DNA from: Octopus vulgaris
Lineage: Eukaryota
DNA length: 64,000 nt
NCBI GenBank assembly: GCA_951406725.2
Contig: OX597819.1
Location: 133,176,001 to 133,240,000, forward strand
Reading direction: 5' to 3'
The translations under genes were made by a program, and so were the position numbers. The notes beneath the pieces are model-generated. The model ran no database searches. It saw only the letters and a program-made list of their open reading frames with translations, and was not told where the DNA came from. Below are positions 39,487 through 52,611 of this stretch, piece by piece; the first letter of the stretch is position 1; every line of letters starts with the position of its first letter.

Positions 39487-40711
39487 TGGAGTATGAAAAG
39501 CAATAATAACTGCATGAAAACTTTGGACATAAAACAACGCAGAGCCTTGGAAGCCAGTCAGACATTGCTGAACTATCTTTCACACATATATTTCATAATG
39601 CATATACTGTTGTCAACTCATCACACAAACACATACGCACAGAAATATACACACATACGTTTATGGACGTATATATACTTTATACAATGAAATGGATGTA
39701 TATTTCTAAAACAGTTTGTTCCTAACTTCTGGTCGGTCATTAATCACCTATTTCCATTATTAATAATTCTTAGAAATAAGTATCGTAGTTCGATTTTGTT
39801 ACAGATGCAGACATTGAGGAAATGAAGCGTTACGGTGATTTTTAATATCGAAAGTGAGAGACGACAAAATAATGTATTAGTATAAATCAAATACTTTGAA
39901 CGTTACCTGCGAATTGGCTGACACGTTGAACCTGCCACAGGAAAGCATTTGGAAGAAAAGAATATATAATCTTTTCATTAAATAAAAAAAAAAGGAATGT
40001 AGAGAATACGAAACTTGGGTGCGGAGCTGAAATGATTTATGTATTATCTAGGTTAAATTGTTGAGAAAGAGTCAAGAAGTAATTAAAGAAGAGTGTAGCA
40101 GCTCTTGACCTCTTTTTATATAATCACCAACCGCCAGTCGATTAATTTAATTTTATTTCCATTGGTCTTGGTAATATACTCTAAAGACGGCGATTGATGC
40201 AGAATTCTTCGAAATATCAGGTAACCAGCTTCCAAAGAGCCATGAAATATAATAAAATTAAAGTGATTCTCTAATGTAACACTGAAATTTTTCTCGCGCA
40301 TAAGACGGAATGCAATTTACGGATAACAGGAAAATGGGGAACATTAAAAGAAATCTAGAAATTAAATAAAAGCCGGATTGCTTACACGAAGAAAAAGTAT
40401 CTAAAAAACAATTAATCTGTGAAGAATCTAATTAGTACAGATATATTTCTCTTCTAATAATCCACAGCGCTTTTCTGAGATGAGTACTTAGAATGTAAGC
40501 CCAATGGGCCAGATAATGCTTAAGAGGTTGCTTTAAATGATGTAGAATTTCGTGAGATGTGTTAAGCATCTCAGTTTAATATGAATTATTATTTCAGAAC
40601 AAATGTGAAGAGTTTACATAGCAATATACATTTACAAATACAGGTTCAAGTGCAATGAGCTCCAGATAATATATACACATATAAACACATACATATTCAT
40701 ACATGAATTTG

Positions 40712-40753
<42 letters not shown>

Positions 40754-40894
40754 CATACACACAGACACAGAGACATGACAAAAATAAATAGATAACTCAT
40801 AAAACATGGGTATATGTTTATTTTAAATTCAAAATTTATTTTTTATTGATTGACATTTTTATATTTCAGGTTCTCTGTGTAACCGTTTAATCCC

Positions 40895-41022
40895 GCCACG
40901 TACAAAAGAAGCCACGGAACTGTCCGAATTTCAAAGATGTATTGTAAGCCAATCGGAAGGTGGATTTAGTCAAATCGCAGAAAACACTGGGATCCCACTT
41001 TCTACAGTTATTCAGATATTCA
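40895..41022 (+). mobile_element. Tc1-family transposase N-terminal (paired HTH) fragment
   Basis: RTKEATELSEFQRCIVSQSEGGFSQIAENTGIPLSTVIQIF fits the pattern ELS.F.RG.IV...E.G.S...IA...GI..STV. Confidence 0.65.
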
Positions 41023-41078
41023 GAACTTATTCTAATTATCCAGTATGTTAATTATAATAAAGTTATTTTATATATACA

Positions 41079-41125
41079 CTAGTATTTTGACCCGTTGTTG
41101 CCGGGTCATAGTGCTAGTGCATGTA

Positions 41126-41185
<60 letters not shown>

Positions 41186-42704
41186 TATTACATGTACATC
41201 TATATATATACATCTACACATAAAATACAAAATACAAAGTTATATCTTGATATAATACTCAAAATATATAATACTTGATATAATACTCAAAATATATAAC
41301 AGACTGGAATTGTAGGCTCGTCTCTTGGAATTTCGATCAATTGTATCTTGTCCTCCCTCTTGTATAGAAGTGTGACTACAATCCAGCCTACCTCAACTTC
41401 AGGGGGGGGGGGGGATATTTAAATTTTTTATCCGGGACGTCCTACGTCCCAGATATAAAGGTAAAAATAAAATATTTCCACTTTGCAAGGTTCGAGTCGA
41501 GTACTCCTTTGCACGCTCCGTTGACTCGAACCTTGCTTCTATCGTGGCGAATTTACCGCCTCTGGTTAGATATCTTTCATAGTCGTACCAAGACACTTTT
41601 CGATGGTGCTTTCCTCCAGGTGTTCAAATCTTTTTTTTTTCTCTACGTTGTATACTTTATAGACAATAGTCTTTTCTTTAATTTAATTTTTTATTTCATT
41701 TGGTGGTGTTATCCTAGATTCACCGTCTTTGTCGGTGATCAATCCGTATTTCTTCATTTTAATTTCAATGAGTTCGCGCCCGTCGGGCTGCAGCGAAATT
41801 CATTTTTGGACTTTCTTCTATCGAAGGCATTCTAACAAAAATGCTTCCGTGTAAACGGTGAAAATATTGTCAATTTCCCTAAACAGGGACACAATTCAAT
41901 TTTTAAACAATAACCAAAGCTCCTTCTCCCAAAGGGGGAGGGTTACAATTTACAATTATTTAACAAATGTAACACAACAACGTTTCCCTTACGAGGAACC
42001 AACAAGCGTGATAACAATAGTTAAACAGTAAAAATAATAACGACAAACCTTACGATGTATCAGAAAGCAGTAAGCAGTTGAAGCTTTAGTCCTTTGTGTA
42101 TAAGAAATAAACCAACAGCAGTACTCTGTAGAACCGGCTGTTCGAGAAAACAGATATTACATACAGCCAAACTTCATATAGATACTTAATGCTAGCTAAT
42201 TAGCAGATAATCTAATGTAAAAGCACAGCCCCATCTGGACTATTCCATTTCTGCACGCTAATTTTATTTTTAATTTATTCCCATTCATGTGGAACCACTT
42301 ATTCAAGTTCAAGTCATTGATGCAATTTTATACCAATTGCTATTTTTACTTTTGTTATGTTACGATTATATTATACTTTAGTTTGATTTCAATTATTATT
42401 ACTTACTACATATAATTCAATTGTTATTATTATCTCTAATTTTTATTGTTAAAGTGAAAGTATCTGACATAAAATAGAGAAATGTTTTTGTTTCACTTTT
42501 AACATGTAATACTGAAATAGTGGAGAAGATATGATATTGCTATGGGCTCGCTCTAGGCAAGAAATTGAAACTTTTTTTGCCCATGAAACTACATGGACCC
42601 TAAGTAAGGCATGTGTAAAATCTGAATGAAATTGGTTGTGTAGTTCTCAAGTTTTAGGGAAACACACAGACAGACACACATTCTCAGTTTTATATATAGA
42701 GAGA
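41079..42704 (-). mobile_element. Non-autonomous Helitron of the same family as 59902; the pairing of its 5' and 3' ends is tentative
   Basis: The minus-strand 5' end A|TCTCTCTATATATAAAACTGAGAATG...CCCTAAAACTTGAGAA...TGCCTTACTTAGGGTCCATGTAG matches 59902-60200. A hairpin plus CTAG lies at 41079-41108. Confidence 0.7.
41300..42150 (-). mobile_element. Probable LINE 5' UTR/ORF1 fragment lying between the Helitron termini
   Basis: YLTRGGKFATIEARFESTERAKEYSTRTLQSGNILFLPLYLGRRTSRIK..NIPP has the RRM-like pattern of non-LTR ORF1 proteins (inference). Confidence 0.5.
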
Positions 42705-43844
42705 TAAATATCAGTTTGTAAAAACTTATAGACTATGGGTAAATTTGAAGAGGCAGTTTGCTTGAAAATAAATGTAAATATTGTCAAATGCCAGTACATG
42801 GAACTGAGGTGGAAAGAATTAAAGAACTAAGCCATAAAGGGAGAAGAATCGTCGGAAATTGTGTGATGAGAACCAACTGACTCGTAAACAGCGAAGCAAA
42901 AAACTATTAAATTGCTCCACAAATCCACACTTTTGATATTATTCCTCACTGTTTTTTAGTGTAGCATTAAATTTAAGTGGGAAGTAATATAGATAAATCT
43001 TTTCCAATATTCAAAAACAGTTAAGCAGCATAACCCTATTTCAGTAACCATATTTCACTGTTCCTAAATATAGAGATTTGATGTTCATTGATGAAATAAC
43101 GATTTAGGTTTTCCAATAAACATTTACGTAAATTTCATAACCCAACAAAACGAAGAATTTTAAAAAAGCCATCGGAAATATTTGGTCCCAGTAACAAGCC
43201 TGTTCACAAACTGTTCTGCAGACCCTCTTTATTGATATGTGTTTCCAATATGAAATCTCAGTGATATGAAACTGTAAATATATAGTCTTCCCGTCTTCAT
43301 AATATTTATGTGGAACGAAACAATCTGTGAATTGCAAATTGTTAGTTTGTTCAGTGCTTCAATAAAGAGTCGTGTTATCTCTATTTTTCATAAGTGTGTT
43401 GCTTTCTGAAGAAATAAGGTGAGAAATATTGTTTTAACCAAAATACTGCAAGCAGCCAATTACGAGATACGTTCGTTTACCCTTCGGCCAAAACGTCACC
43501 CTCGAACGCAGCTGCCAACGCTGGTCGAACACATTTCGTTGTTATTTTAAATTAACACGTTTTCTTGTCACTAAATAAAATTAATATAAAATAACCTACA
43601 AACTTAGGATTTGTCTACTTTCTGAATAACGTTTAAAGCAATTCTGATTTTCTATTTTAAACGAGTCTCAATAATTGGATATTCATTTAATTGCACTGAA
43701 AATAGAGAACTGAATTCCTGCAAACATAAATATCAATTTTAACTTATGTAGGAGACGATGAGTTATTATGAGTGAGACAAATATAAATGAGACGATAAAT
43801 TCTTTTCATGGGGTAGAGTATAACTCCAAATTAATTGAATGGCT

Positions 43845-45125
43845 ACACTGAGGGTGGGCTGAAAAATTCATAGATTAACTAGAAAGGAGTGATGTAGAAC
43901 TTTCAAATCTGAAGTGCATTAATTTCATCTTTTCTTATTAATAACTACATCGTTTCCCTCCGGGGAAACTGTCATGTGACCGTTCAACCATGACTTCAGA
44001 AATAACAAGTAGCGAATTCTCTTGAAAAAGAATAAAATTTGGTATCGTGGTGTTATCAGGTACCTGCAGAAAAAAGGGTTGAACCTACAAGGAGGTACAT
44101 GTTGACATGGTTGCTAAATTAGAGAATGGAGCCCCAGCGTTATCAACAGTGCAAAAGCGGGAAGCTGGATTTAGGAGGAGAAGGGAGAATCTGGAAAATG
44201 ACCCAGTGTCTGGACGTCTTGCAACTGCCACCACCGAGCAAAACATTCATCGTGTTCACCCCATTCTGATGGATGACAGGCGATTGACAATAAATCAAAT
44301 ACTGTTAGAATAACCCGTGAGAGAGTTGTAAATTGGCGAGGTTTCCATGAAATTGGCGAGGTTTCTGCTTGGTGGGTTCCATGTCTTCTGACACCTAATC
44401 AAAAGCGCACCAAACTGAACACATCTTGGGAAAATCTAACAATTTTTTCAGGCAGACCCAGCTTATTACCTTGTTTCTTAACTAGGGATAAATGTTAGGC
44501 TCATTAGTTTGAACCAGTGACAAAGAGACAATCCATGCAGTGGAAACACCCCTCCACATGTGCTCCAAAGATGGCTAACGTCGTTCCATCTGCAGGGAAC
44601 CTGATGACTCAGTTTTTTGGAATGCAAAAGGTATTGTGTTTATTGACTATCTTCAAAAGAGCCACATCATCACTGGAGAGTACCATGCCAACTTACTGAG
44701 GCAGCTATAAAAGGCTATTAAGACCAAACGACCGGAATAACTGACGAAAGCTCAATCGTTTCATCAGGGCAACGTTTCAGTATACACATCTTTCATTTCA
44801 ATGGCTGTTGTGCGTAGCTGTGTCTTTCAACTGTTTGATTACCCTCTTTATCCCTCCTGATTTGGCCCCATCATCTGTCCCCCATCCAACATGAAAGTAC
44901 AGTTGGCGGGGAACCAGTGTTACAGTGATGATGATGTCATATCAACAGTCGACATTTTTGATGAACAGGATGCAAGCTTCTTTCCCAATGCGATCCAAGC
45001 ACTGCAACACCAATAAAAGAAGTGTGCAGACCGCAAGGAGGACTGGGTTGGAAAATAAATCTCATTTGGTCCCATTTCATGAAAGTAGCTTGATCTGCAT
45101 GCGAACTCGTCAGCTGACTCCCGAT
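43845..45125 (+). mobile_element. Decayed full-length mariner element
   Basis: TIR remnants GAGGGTGGGCTGAAAAATTCATAG / CATGCGAACTCGTCAGCTGACTC. Peptide KIWYRGVIRYLQKKG...APALSTVQK...LENDPVSGR...WVP...KRQSMQWKH...YPPDLAP. Confidence 0.9.
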
Positions 45126-45149
45126 GCCCTGAATCGATTTTCAGTTGAA

Positions 45150-45990
45150 ACTTAACTTACAACACGAATATAAATTGGAAACACATCAACTGAAAGACCC
45201 TACTTCGTCCCCAACACAAATGTAATGTTTTACTGGATATTATACTTGTCATAATTTGGAGGAAAGTTCTCACTCCATATGCATCCATGATAATAGGAAG
45301 TTTCATAAAAGTGTTCGCTGAGTTGATTTTCATTGACGAGTGAAAAGATAACATCGCTTCATGCAGTGGACAAAAATAGGAGAGATAAGTAGAAAGGAAA
45401 ATGGGGAGAAAATTCCAAGGGAGATGGCGAGTCGTGTGGAAGATGAATAATGAGGAGGGAAGCATAAGATGAGAGATGAATGGTGGATAGGCTTAAAGTT
45501 TTTAACAACTCAGATGCTGAGTAAAATGAGAGAGAGTTGGGAACGGTCATGTTAAATGAGGTTGCATAACAATGAATTGATGGTAAACAGTTTTAACAGA
45601 CTGCGGCGGCACTGTTGCCTAGGCAACAATGAGGAATGTCATGATAGAGAAGAGGTGAAAGAGAGAGGGTCGATGCTGTTTTGCAGAGAATTAAGATCAT
45701 TACAAGTAGTGAGATGTAATGCGCATTTAGTGTCTAAAATGGAGGTCAGATGGTTTGTATAAAAATCTGTGATAAGAAGTGGCGAGGAAAGTGGAAGGCA
45801 ATAGCAATCTCACTGTGACTATATGCACGGCATGTATATTGCACAGTGTGTGTTTAGTGGTATGTATAGTGTGTGCATAGAAATGCACACATCGTAATCC
45901 TTCTCTGGGGTGGATTGTAGATGGAAGAAAGGGTGTGTGAAACCCTTCCATAAGAGGATCTGAGGCAGAAGGTTATTTGTGAACCTTGTT
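45150..45990 (-). mobile_element. Possible CR1/L2-like LINE endonuclease relic
   Basis: Pyrimidine-rich, coding-like minus strand with faint APE-like remnants. No intact motif. Confidence 0.3.
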
Positions 45991-48900
45991 GTTACATAAA
46001 AGAAAATCTTTGATTCTTCAAATATTTATTTTATTGGTAAAAAAAGAGGCATTTTATGGGTTAGTCAACTACGGGGGAGGGGGGCTTTCTGTGGTTACTT
46101 AACACGGTTGAAATAGCAGCCAAACCTCTCTCTCAAAATCTTGTTTGAAACAGCCAAGATACATAAAATATAGTCTTAAATTAGGATGAGAAAGTTATGT
46201 TCGGAACGCCATTGTCCATGTGTCAGCTTGAACGGGGCAGACCAAGGGCTAAGCAGCAAATCTCTGAGAATTGAATGTACACCTCAGTAAATCAATGAAA
46301 AATCGATATACAAAAATAGTGATTATCGGTGACCTTCGTTATGTATTCTAGTTTCATTGAAAAGGTTTCGAATTAACATATAAGACATACTTAAAATATT
46401 TGATGAAATGGAGACATACTTCATTTCAAATATTAAATTATCTGTGAATAAATCCTCGACCACAGACGTAGTTTAAAGTTGAAGGAAATTTTACGAAAAT
46501 AAAATGCAATAAAATTATATTTTTAAGTGGATTCTGTTGCATAATCAAATAAACCAATGTTTTAATAAAGTATTGAAGACATATTCAGGATGGTCGTGGT
46601 TGTCATGGCGTGTCTAAGTGGAGATTTAACGGAGAAAATTATCATGATATGCAGGAATAACGTTTAAATGTATTCCACCTCCCCATTTAGAAAAAAATTA
46701 CAAATGTATATATTTGCACAGATGTAAACATAACAGCAATTACCATAATTAATTAGAGAAGAGGTCTATCATTATCCATTTAATATTAATTCTGTGTGTG
46801 TCTTAGTTGTCATGTAACGGCTAATGAGCTCCATAGATTATGTGACAAGTAGTTAGAGGCAGCGATCGTGACAAACATGTTCAACGGGAACAGAGACGTT
46901 ATTGTACTATTAAACAAGTCATTACGGATGAAATAGAATCCATTTGGCTCCTTTTAAATTGCAAGAGATTTACTTGTTGCCACTCAACATCTTCAGCTTT
47001 AAAAGAATTCACAAAACGCATAGAAATACAAACATTTTAAGGAAACGTCACATTAATATTGATGTGCATATTGGGGCGTTTCAAAGGCAAATTGCTTTTT
47101 TCACTTGAAATGAAGTTCCATTTAAGGGAAAATTCACAGCAAACGCGTTATTTCTATGAGAGAAAGTTGAAGGAAGCATTTCAATAACAATGAACGCCGT
47201 TTCATTGCAGTTTCTGTCAAACGTGGAAAGCAATATAACTGACAAGAAATATTTTTTGATGAATTTCTTTCATTCTTGCAATTCTATTTTCCTATTATAT
47301 TTTTATTATTTGTTGTAGTGCTTTTTTTAAATTTCATCTTTCTCTGCTTCGTGCGGATTCTTTTCGTTTGAATTTCAAATGATTTAATATGAAGATCAAC
47401 AATGCTACAGGTGCAATTTATAAGAGAAGTATTATAGTGAATACAAATGTTTCCTTCCGCTTAATGACATTCCCAGGAGCCATTTCAATATTTAGTTTCA
47501 AATATCGCTTTAACATAAAAGTAATTACATTAAATATATTCTAAAAATAGTTGCGAAAAATAAAATTCTGATCTCAGATCGGGAAGAAATAAACGAACAA
47601 TTTTCCTTTTTTCAACTAGAATACTTTCGAACAAGATAGACGTTAGGAAAATGTTTTTATGATTGAATTGAGAATGGAAGTAAAGTCGTTCTGAAAGTTA
47701 CTAGTTTTACAATTGTGCAGAGTGGATCAGACTAGCTGACATCAAGCAAAACAAAGCAATTCAGTAGTGTTTCATATTTTACCTGGTGGTCTTAGGAAGA
47801 TGAGCACAACCCATAGCTTTCTTTGGACTCGAGTGTAAAATAGCTAAGAGTCTGATGATGTTTGGATTAATGTTTATTTTGTTGGAAAAATAGATCAAAA
47901 GCAGTCGATTATCCGAAATACAAATGTGTCAGAGAAACAAGAATAAAGAAAATAGTTTAGTTAATGGTGTAGAAGAGGATTGGAACCGTCGAATATTGTG
48001 ACATCTCTGTGTAGAAGACAACTCTTTGACTAGAATCGACGAGAGAAGTGATATAGGTTTTGGTGGTTGAACCACACGAGACAACGGAAAGATCGATGAG
48101 CGCAAGCAATGATTTGTTGAATGTTATTGAAAATAATATTAAACTTTCTTATCTGTTGGACACCGTTTTCGATATAGTATACAATGTGTGTGTGTGTGTT
48201 TACAATGTATATATGTGTCTATGTTCCCTTGCTTATTTGCATCTGTATAAGTCTGGTTGGTGATCTTGGTAAATGTATAAGCAATACTTTAATACATACA
48301 TTATATTTTATTAAATGTTGGCAATTTTGAAATGTTTGAAATATTTTTTAATCCGAAAATGAAATAGATATTAATTTTACTAATCCAGCAGCGTATTTTC
48401 AGACGTTTTTGGATATTATTAAATATTCTAAAATGAAAAAAAAAACCCAAATATTTAAGTGGTGTAAGGTATGAGTTTCAACTGAGAAAGGTGATATATA
48501 CTTTTAACAAAATCGTGACGGAATAATATTCTAAGACGGTGGTGAGTTTGTGAATCACACAAAAAATGTACTTCTTAATTTAAGCTGAAAGTTATATTCA
48601 AGAAATATTCAGATATAAATATTAAAAACTGCAATAATAATTCTGCAATTATTTTCATATTTTTGGTGTTTCCTTATTTTCGCAAATATCAGTAGACTAA
48701 GAGACGGTAACTGAAAGCAGCATCTATGTTATTTATGCTTGTAACATTAATATTTAGTATAGATATATTGACTAAATTGAAGAAAAAATTTAAATACGCA
48801 GGGAAAACTTTTTTAGTATAATGACTGATTTGTTATAAAATGGAGACGAACGCAATAGTGTGCTGTTTCAATTATGGGTTTCTCTTGATATTGAAAATAT

Positions 48901-51779
48901 ATCATCAGAGTTAGTCTATTGTATCCAGCGTCTGATTATCTAAATTTATAAATGAGATTCTTATGAATATTCACTTCTGCGTTTTGACAGGACAACCATT
49001 TCCCAGCCAAACTATAAGATAACAAAAACATCACAGACAAAGATGGAAAACGTAAACAAAATGTTGCGTCTACTACAAAAGCAAGGTATTATTAGCAATA
49101 ATTGAGGTACAAACATTGATTGTATAAAATGTCGGTAGACATATCTAAAAGAATACAACAATGAAAAGATTGAACAGAAGTCATGCTTATAATTCTTGCG
49201 TAAACAAAAACATATTAATACAATCGGGACAGTTTACAATTCCGCGCAAAGCCTAAGGTTGCTATCGTTAATGTATAACATGTCAGGGAAGCATAAGAAC
49301 AAACTGTCCTATAAATAAAATGACCCAGATGAATGGACTATAAGTAAAAACGATCCATCAATTTCTCCGCATCAAATTCTCCCTTAAGGGAAAGCCATGT
49401 ACCAATTCCATTTCGTATGAAAATGAACGATGCATAAAAGAAGAAATTCTTTCTCCTTGAAATCATGTCATGTCACAGATGGTATGGCGTAAATTGGAAG
49501 TAAAACAAATTCGTTCAGATATGGAGAATTAAAACAATCAAAGGCAAAAACTTTTAGAAGTCTTGACAATATCAGTTAAACAAACAGAGGTCTGTGTGAC
49601 CTTGCACGTTGAAGTTATGTCCGGAGAGTATAAAGCTGCCCTGCAGTTGTGGACAATTTATGGTGTTGGCTTAAAGTGTAAATCAAACGGATGGTGTAGG
49701 GCATAAAATCCATTAGCGACATGTGTGAAAGCCGGAAATGCATGAGGGTTTTATCTAGAAGGGGAAGAAGAGTAGAGAAGGAAAGAAAATGAAGGGTGAC
49801 AGAGGCAGCAAGAACAACATGTCACAAATGATTCCCGGGAATTCACTGTCGTTAGTTCAAGAATAGACGGGACGTTGGGATGCCCGTTATCTCCCTTGCT
49901 TTAGGCACCAGAAGCCGATGAAACTGTAGAGCTTCAAGCTAATTCTTTAGTACAGCACCTAGCATATCTGTGCTACTGCTATAATATCCGTTTGCGTCAA
50001 TGGGAAACCCATTGGGTTAGAAGACCCCAAAAATGAATATAACGTGTCGGGGCCCACGTTAAATTATTCACACTAAAAAGAGCTCAACAGAATTCACCGT
50101 AAACACCTGCTAAACACCTGAATTCAACAAACAGAAATTATATTCTGCTTGAAGAGCATTTAAGTCCAAATTTGAAGAATAATTAAATGATAGGTTTAAT
50201 CTGAAATCCCGGCCCCTAATACACATGGCACATCCGAAAACACGAGATCTTTACCCAGCCCGGTTACACAATCCTCAACCAGATTTTGACAGGTTTGCCT
50301 TGCCTCCTGAACTCTCCTTCCGAGGGATTGAAAGATGAGCTAATTGTATTTTTTTCATTGAGATTCGAACGCATCATGGAATATATTCGGCTGCGTCACG
50401 ATGATGGCATTTCATGGTTAACTTACTTTGACCCTTTTCATTTCAGATGTACTAACCTCAAGAAATTCTTATGGTTCAAGGGAAATGTTTGTGAAAAGTA
50501 TCCGCAGTTCTATAGATTCTGCCGGTCTTCTCCTATCTCCCACAGGTGTAGGTCACCATCGTCCACGTCTGTGGAGGTATAGAAGTGGTGTTTGACATCT
50601 CGGTTGAGTAAGGCCATTTAGCCTTTAGGCGTTAGAACGTAGTTGCAGCTTTGCCAAGTGTTTACTTGATAAAATCGGGAGGAGTATTCCAGGCCTTCGT
50701 AAAGGTACGCAGCGAAGAGAAGGGATAATGATTCGCGGTAAAAACATTGGGCTGTGTCCATACACACACACACACACACGCACCCCCACAATATTTGAGT
50801 AGACGTGAGGCACGCCAGATCACAATCCTTTTTGACACTTTGAGATCTATTGCACACATCCTACATTAAATATTACAAATGGATCTGCCAAAATATTACA
50901 GTTAACAGATGGTCGATCGGTTGCATCTATTTGTGATATTTCACGTCATTAACATTTTGATTAGTCTTGGAGGATTTTCGTTGCATCTACACATATTAAG
51001 ATAACAACATTTTGTTATTCTAACTTATACCAGTCTTAAGTATTTTATTATTTTCTCGAACTAAAACATTCATTTTCCGTCTGCAGCGTGTGTAGTATTT
51101 CTGTCTATTTCAAACACTTTCTTTCCTACTTTATACGTTTTGCGTTCGACTAGATGTCGGGCGACGGCAGCTAAAATCCTTGATATACTTTCATTTATCG
51201 TAACTTCTTTTAGATGAGTTCCAGTTTCCATTTGACGAACGAAATACTTGTGAATTACTCTGGAGAACATTATACTCAATAATTTAGCAATTCGTGGCTT
51301 GATATATTGATTTAATGATTTAAGAAATCTTTCTTGATCATTAACATAACACAAAATCAGGGATTCTGAGCAGTGACATTGGTCAAAACTCACATCTCAA
51401 CACAACATCAATAATACTCGTATTCGCTATTTTTATCAGTGTTCTAGTCCGTATTTTGTTCTTGTGATAACATTTCAAACTGATTATATAATTCGCTTAA
51501 TTTGAAACAATCCCAGTACAAGTGTAATTTTTGACTACTTAGCTTACTTTCCATTATGATTAAATGACGTAGATTTCGTATCTGATCCAGGCAACTGAGG
51601 TGAAGTGAGGAAATTTACTTCGTCGTTCCAATATTAATAAATTAGATTTACTTGATTCTTTTGCAAAACCTCCATAAAAGTTGAAGATTGAATAGATTAT
51701 CACCTCTAACTTCCAATCAGCGATGCCAACCTAAACAGAAAATTGGGGTTAAATTCACTGACTGATTTCTGCGAAAGTT

Positions 51780-52585
51780 CAAGAGTGCAACATTTTAACG
51801 TAGTATAATAGATTGTCACTAGAATTACATTCGCTGCCTGACATGTCACAATACGTTCATCGCTGAAATACAATGATGCTTTTACTTTTTCCAACCAGTA
51901 AAAAGACATTTTACTATTGTCACGAAAAGCGTCGAACAATGAATACACATTCTAATCAGTATAACCACATTGATTCAAGAAAATTTAAGACAAAACTTCT
52001 ACACCGATTCTTGCAAATACTTACCATTGCTAGAACACAAGGTGTGATAACTAACTGTTTTAAAGTATTACTAAAAACATTTTCATAAACCGCAAAGAAA
52101 TAAATTCCGAGTTCGTATATGAAAACTATATATATATATATATATATAATGTATATAAGAAAAATATTTATATTTTTACATATTACATCACTGTACATAA
52201 ATCCCCTACTAAACAAGGCCCCCTTTTTTTAAACCCGTCTCCTTTCTGTACACATATTCATTCCCAACCCAAAACCTAAACAGTTATCCCCCTTACACAC
52301 AACAATAACAATAATAACAACCAATTACCTCCCATTAATTGTCAACTTGTAAAATCATTCATTCGTGAATTTTATTACAAACAACATGGACCCAGTCTCT
52401 TCTTAAGAAAAAATATATTTTCATATAAATTAAACATTGTATCATGAATAGCGATTGCGAAACCGGTCGATACATTAAACATTATACTATAACCATGTAA
52501 GTGTGCGTATTTTCCGTTTTTATTTTCTTATATACATTACAATCCACCACGCGGGGACAACCGAAATTCCTCTTTTCTGTTACTA
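51780..52585 (+). mobile_element. Penelope-like element 3' end: GIY-YIG relic and pLTR
   Basis: NVV...IRCLTCHNTFIAE (51797-51867) corresponds to NVVY.I.C..C...YIGE. FINRKEI follows near 52081. A hammerhead lies at 52438-52474 and the element ends in (TA)n. Confidence 0.7.
52438..52474 (+). ncRNA. Minimal type I hammerhead ribozyme with A3-U8 core variant
   Basis: TGTATC-ATGAATA-GC-gatt-GC-GAAA-CCGG-TC-GATACA: perfect 6-bp stem I, palindromic ACCGGT stem III and GUC cleavage triplet. Confidence 0.72.
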
Positions 52586-52611
52586 CTATATATATATATA
52601 TATATATATAT

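Noticed and set aside
49000-51400. Decayed coding sequence, including the 107-aa ORF at 51070-51393
   Set aside because: Looks like old TE debris, but no motif could be assigned.
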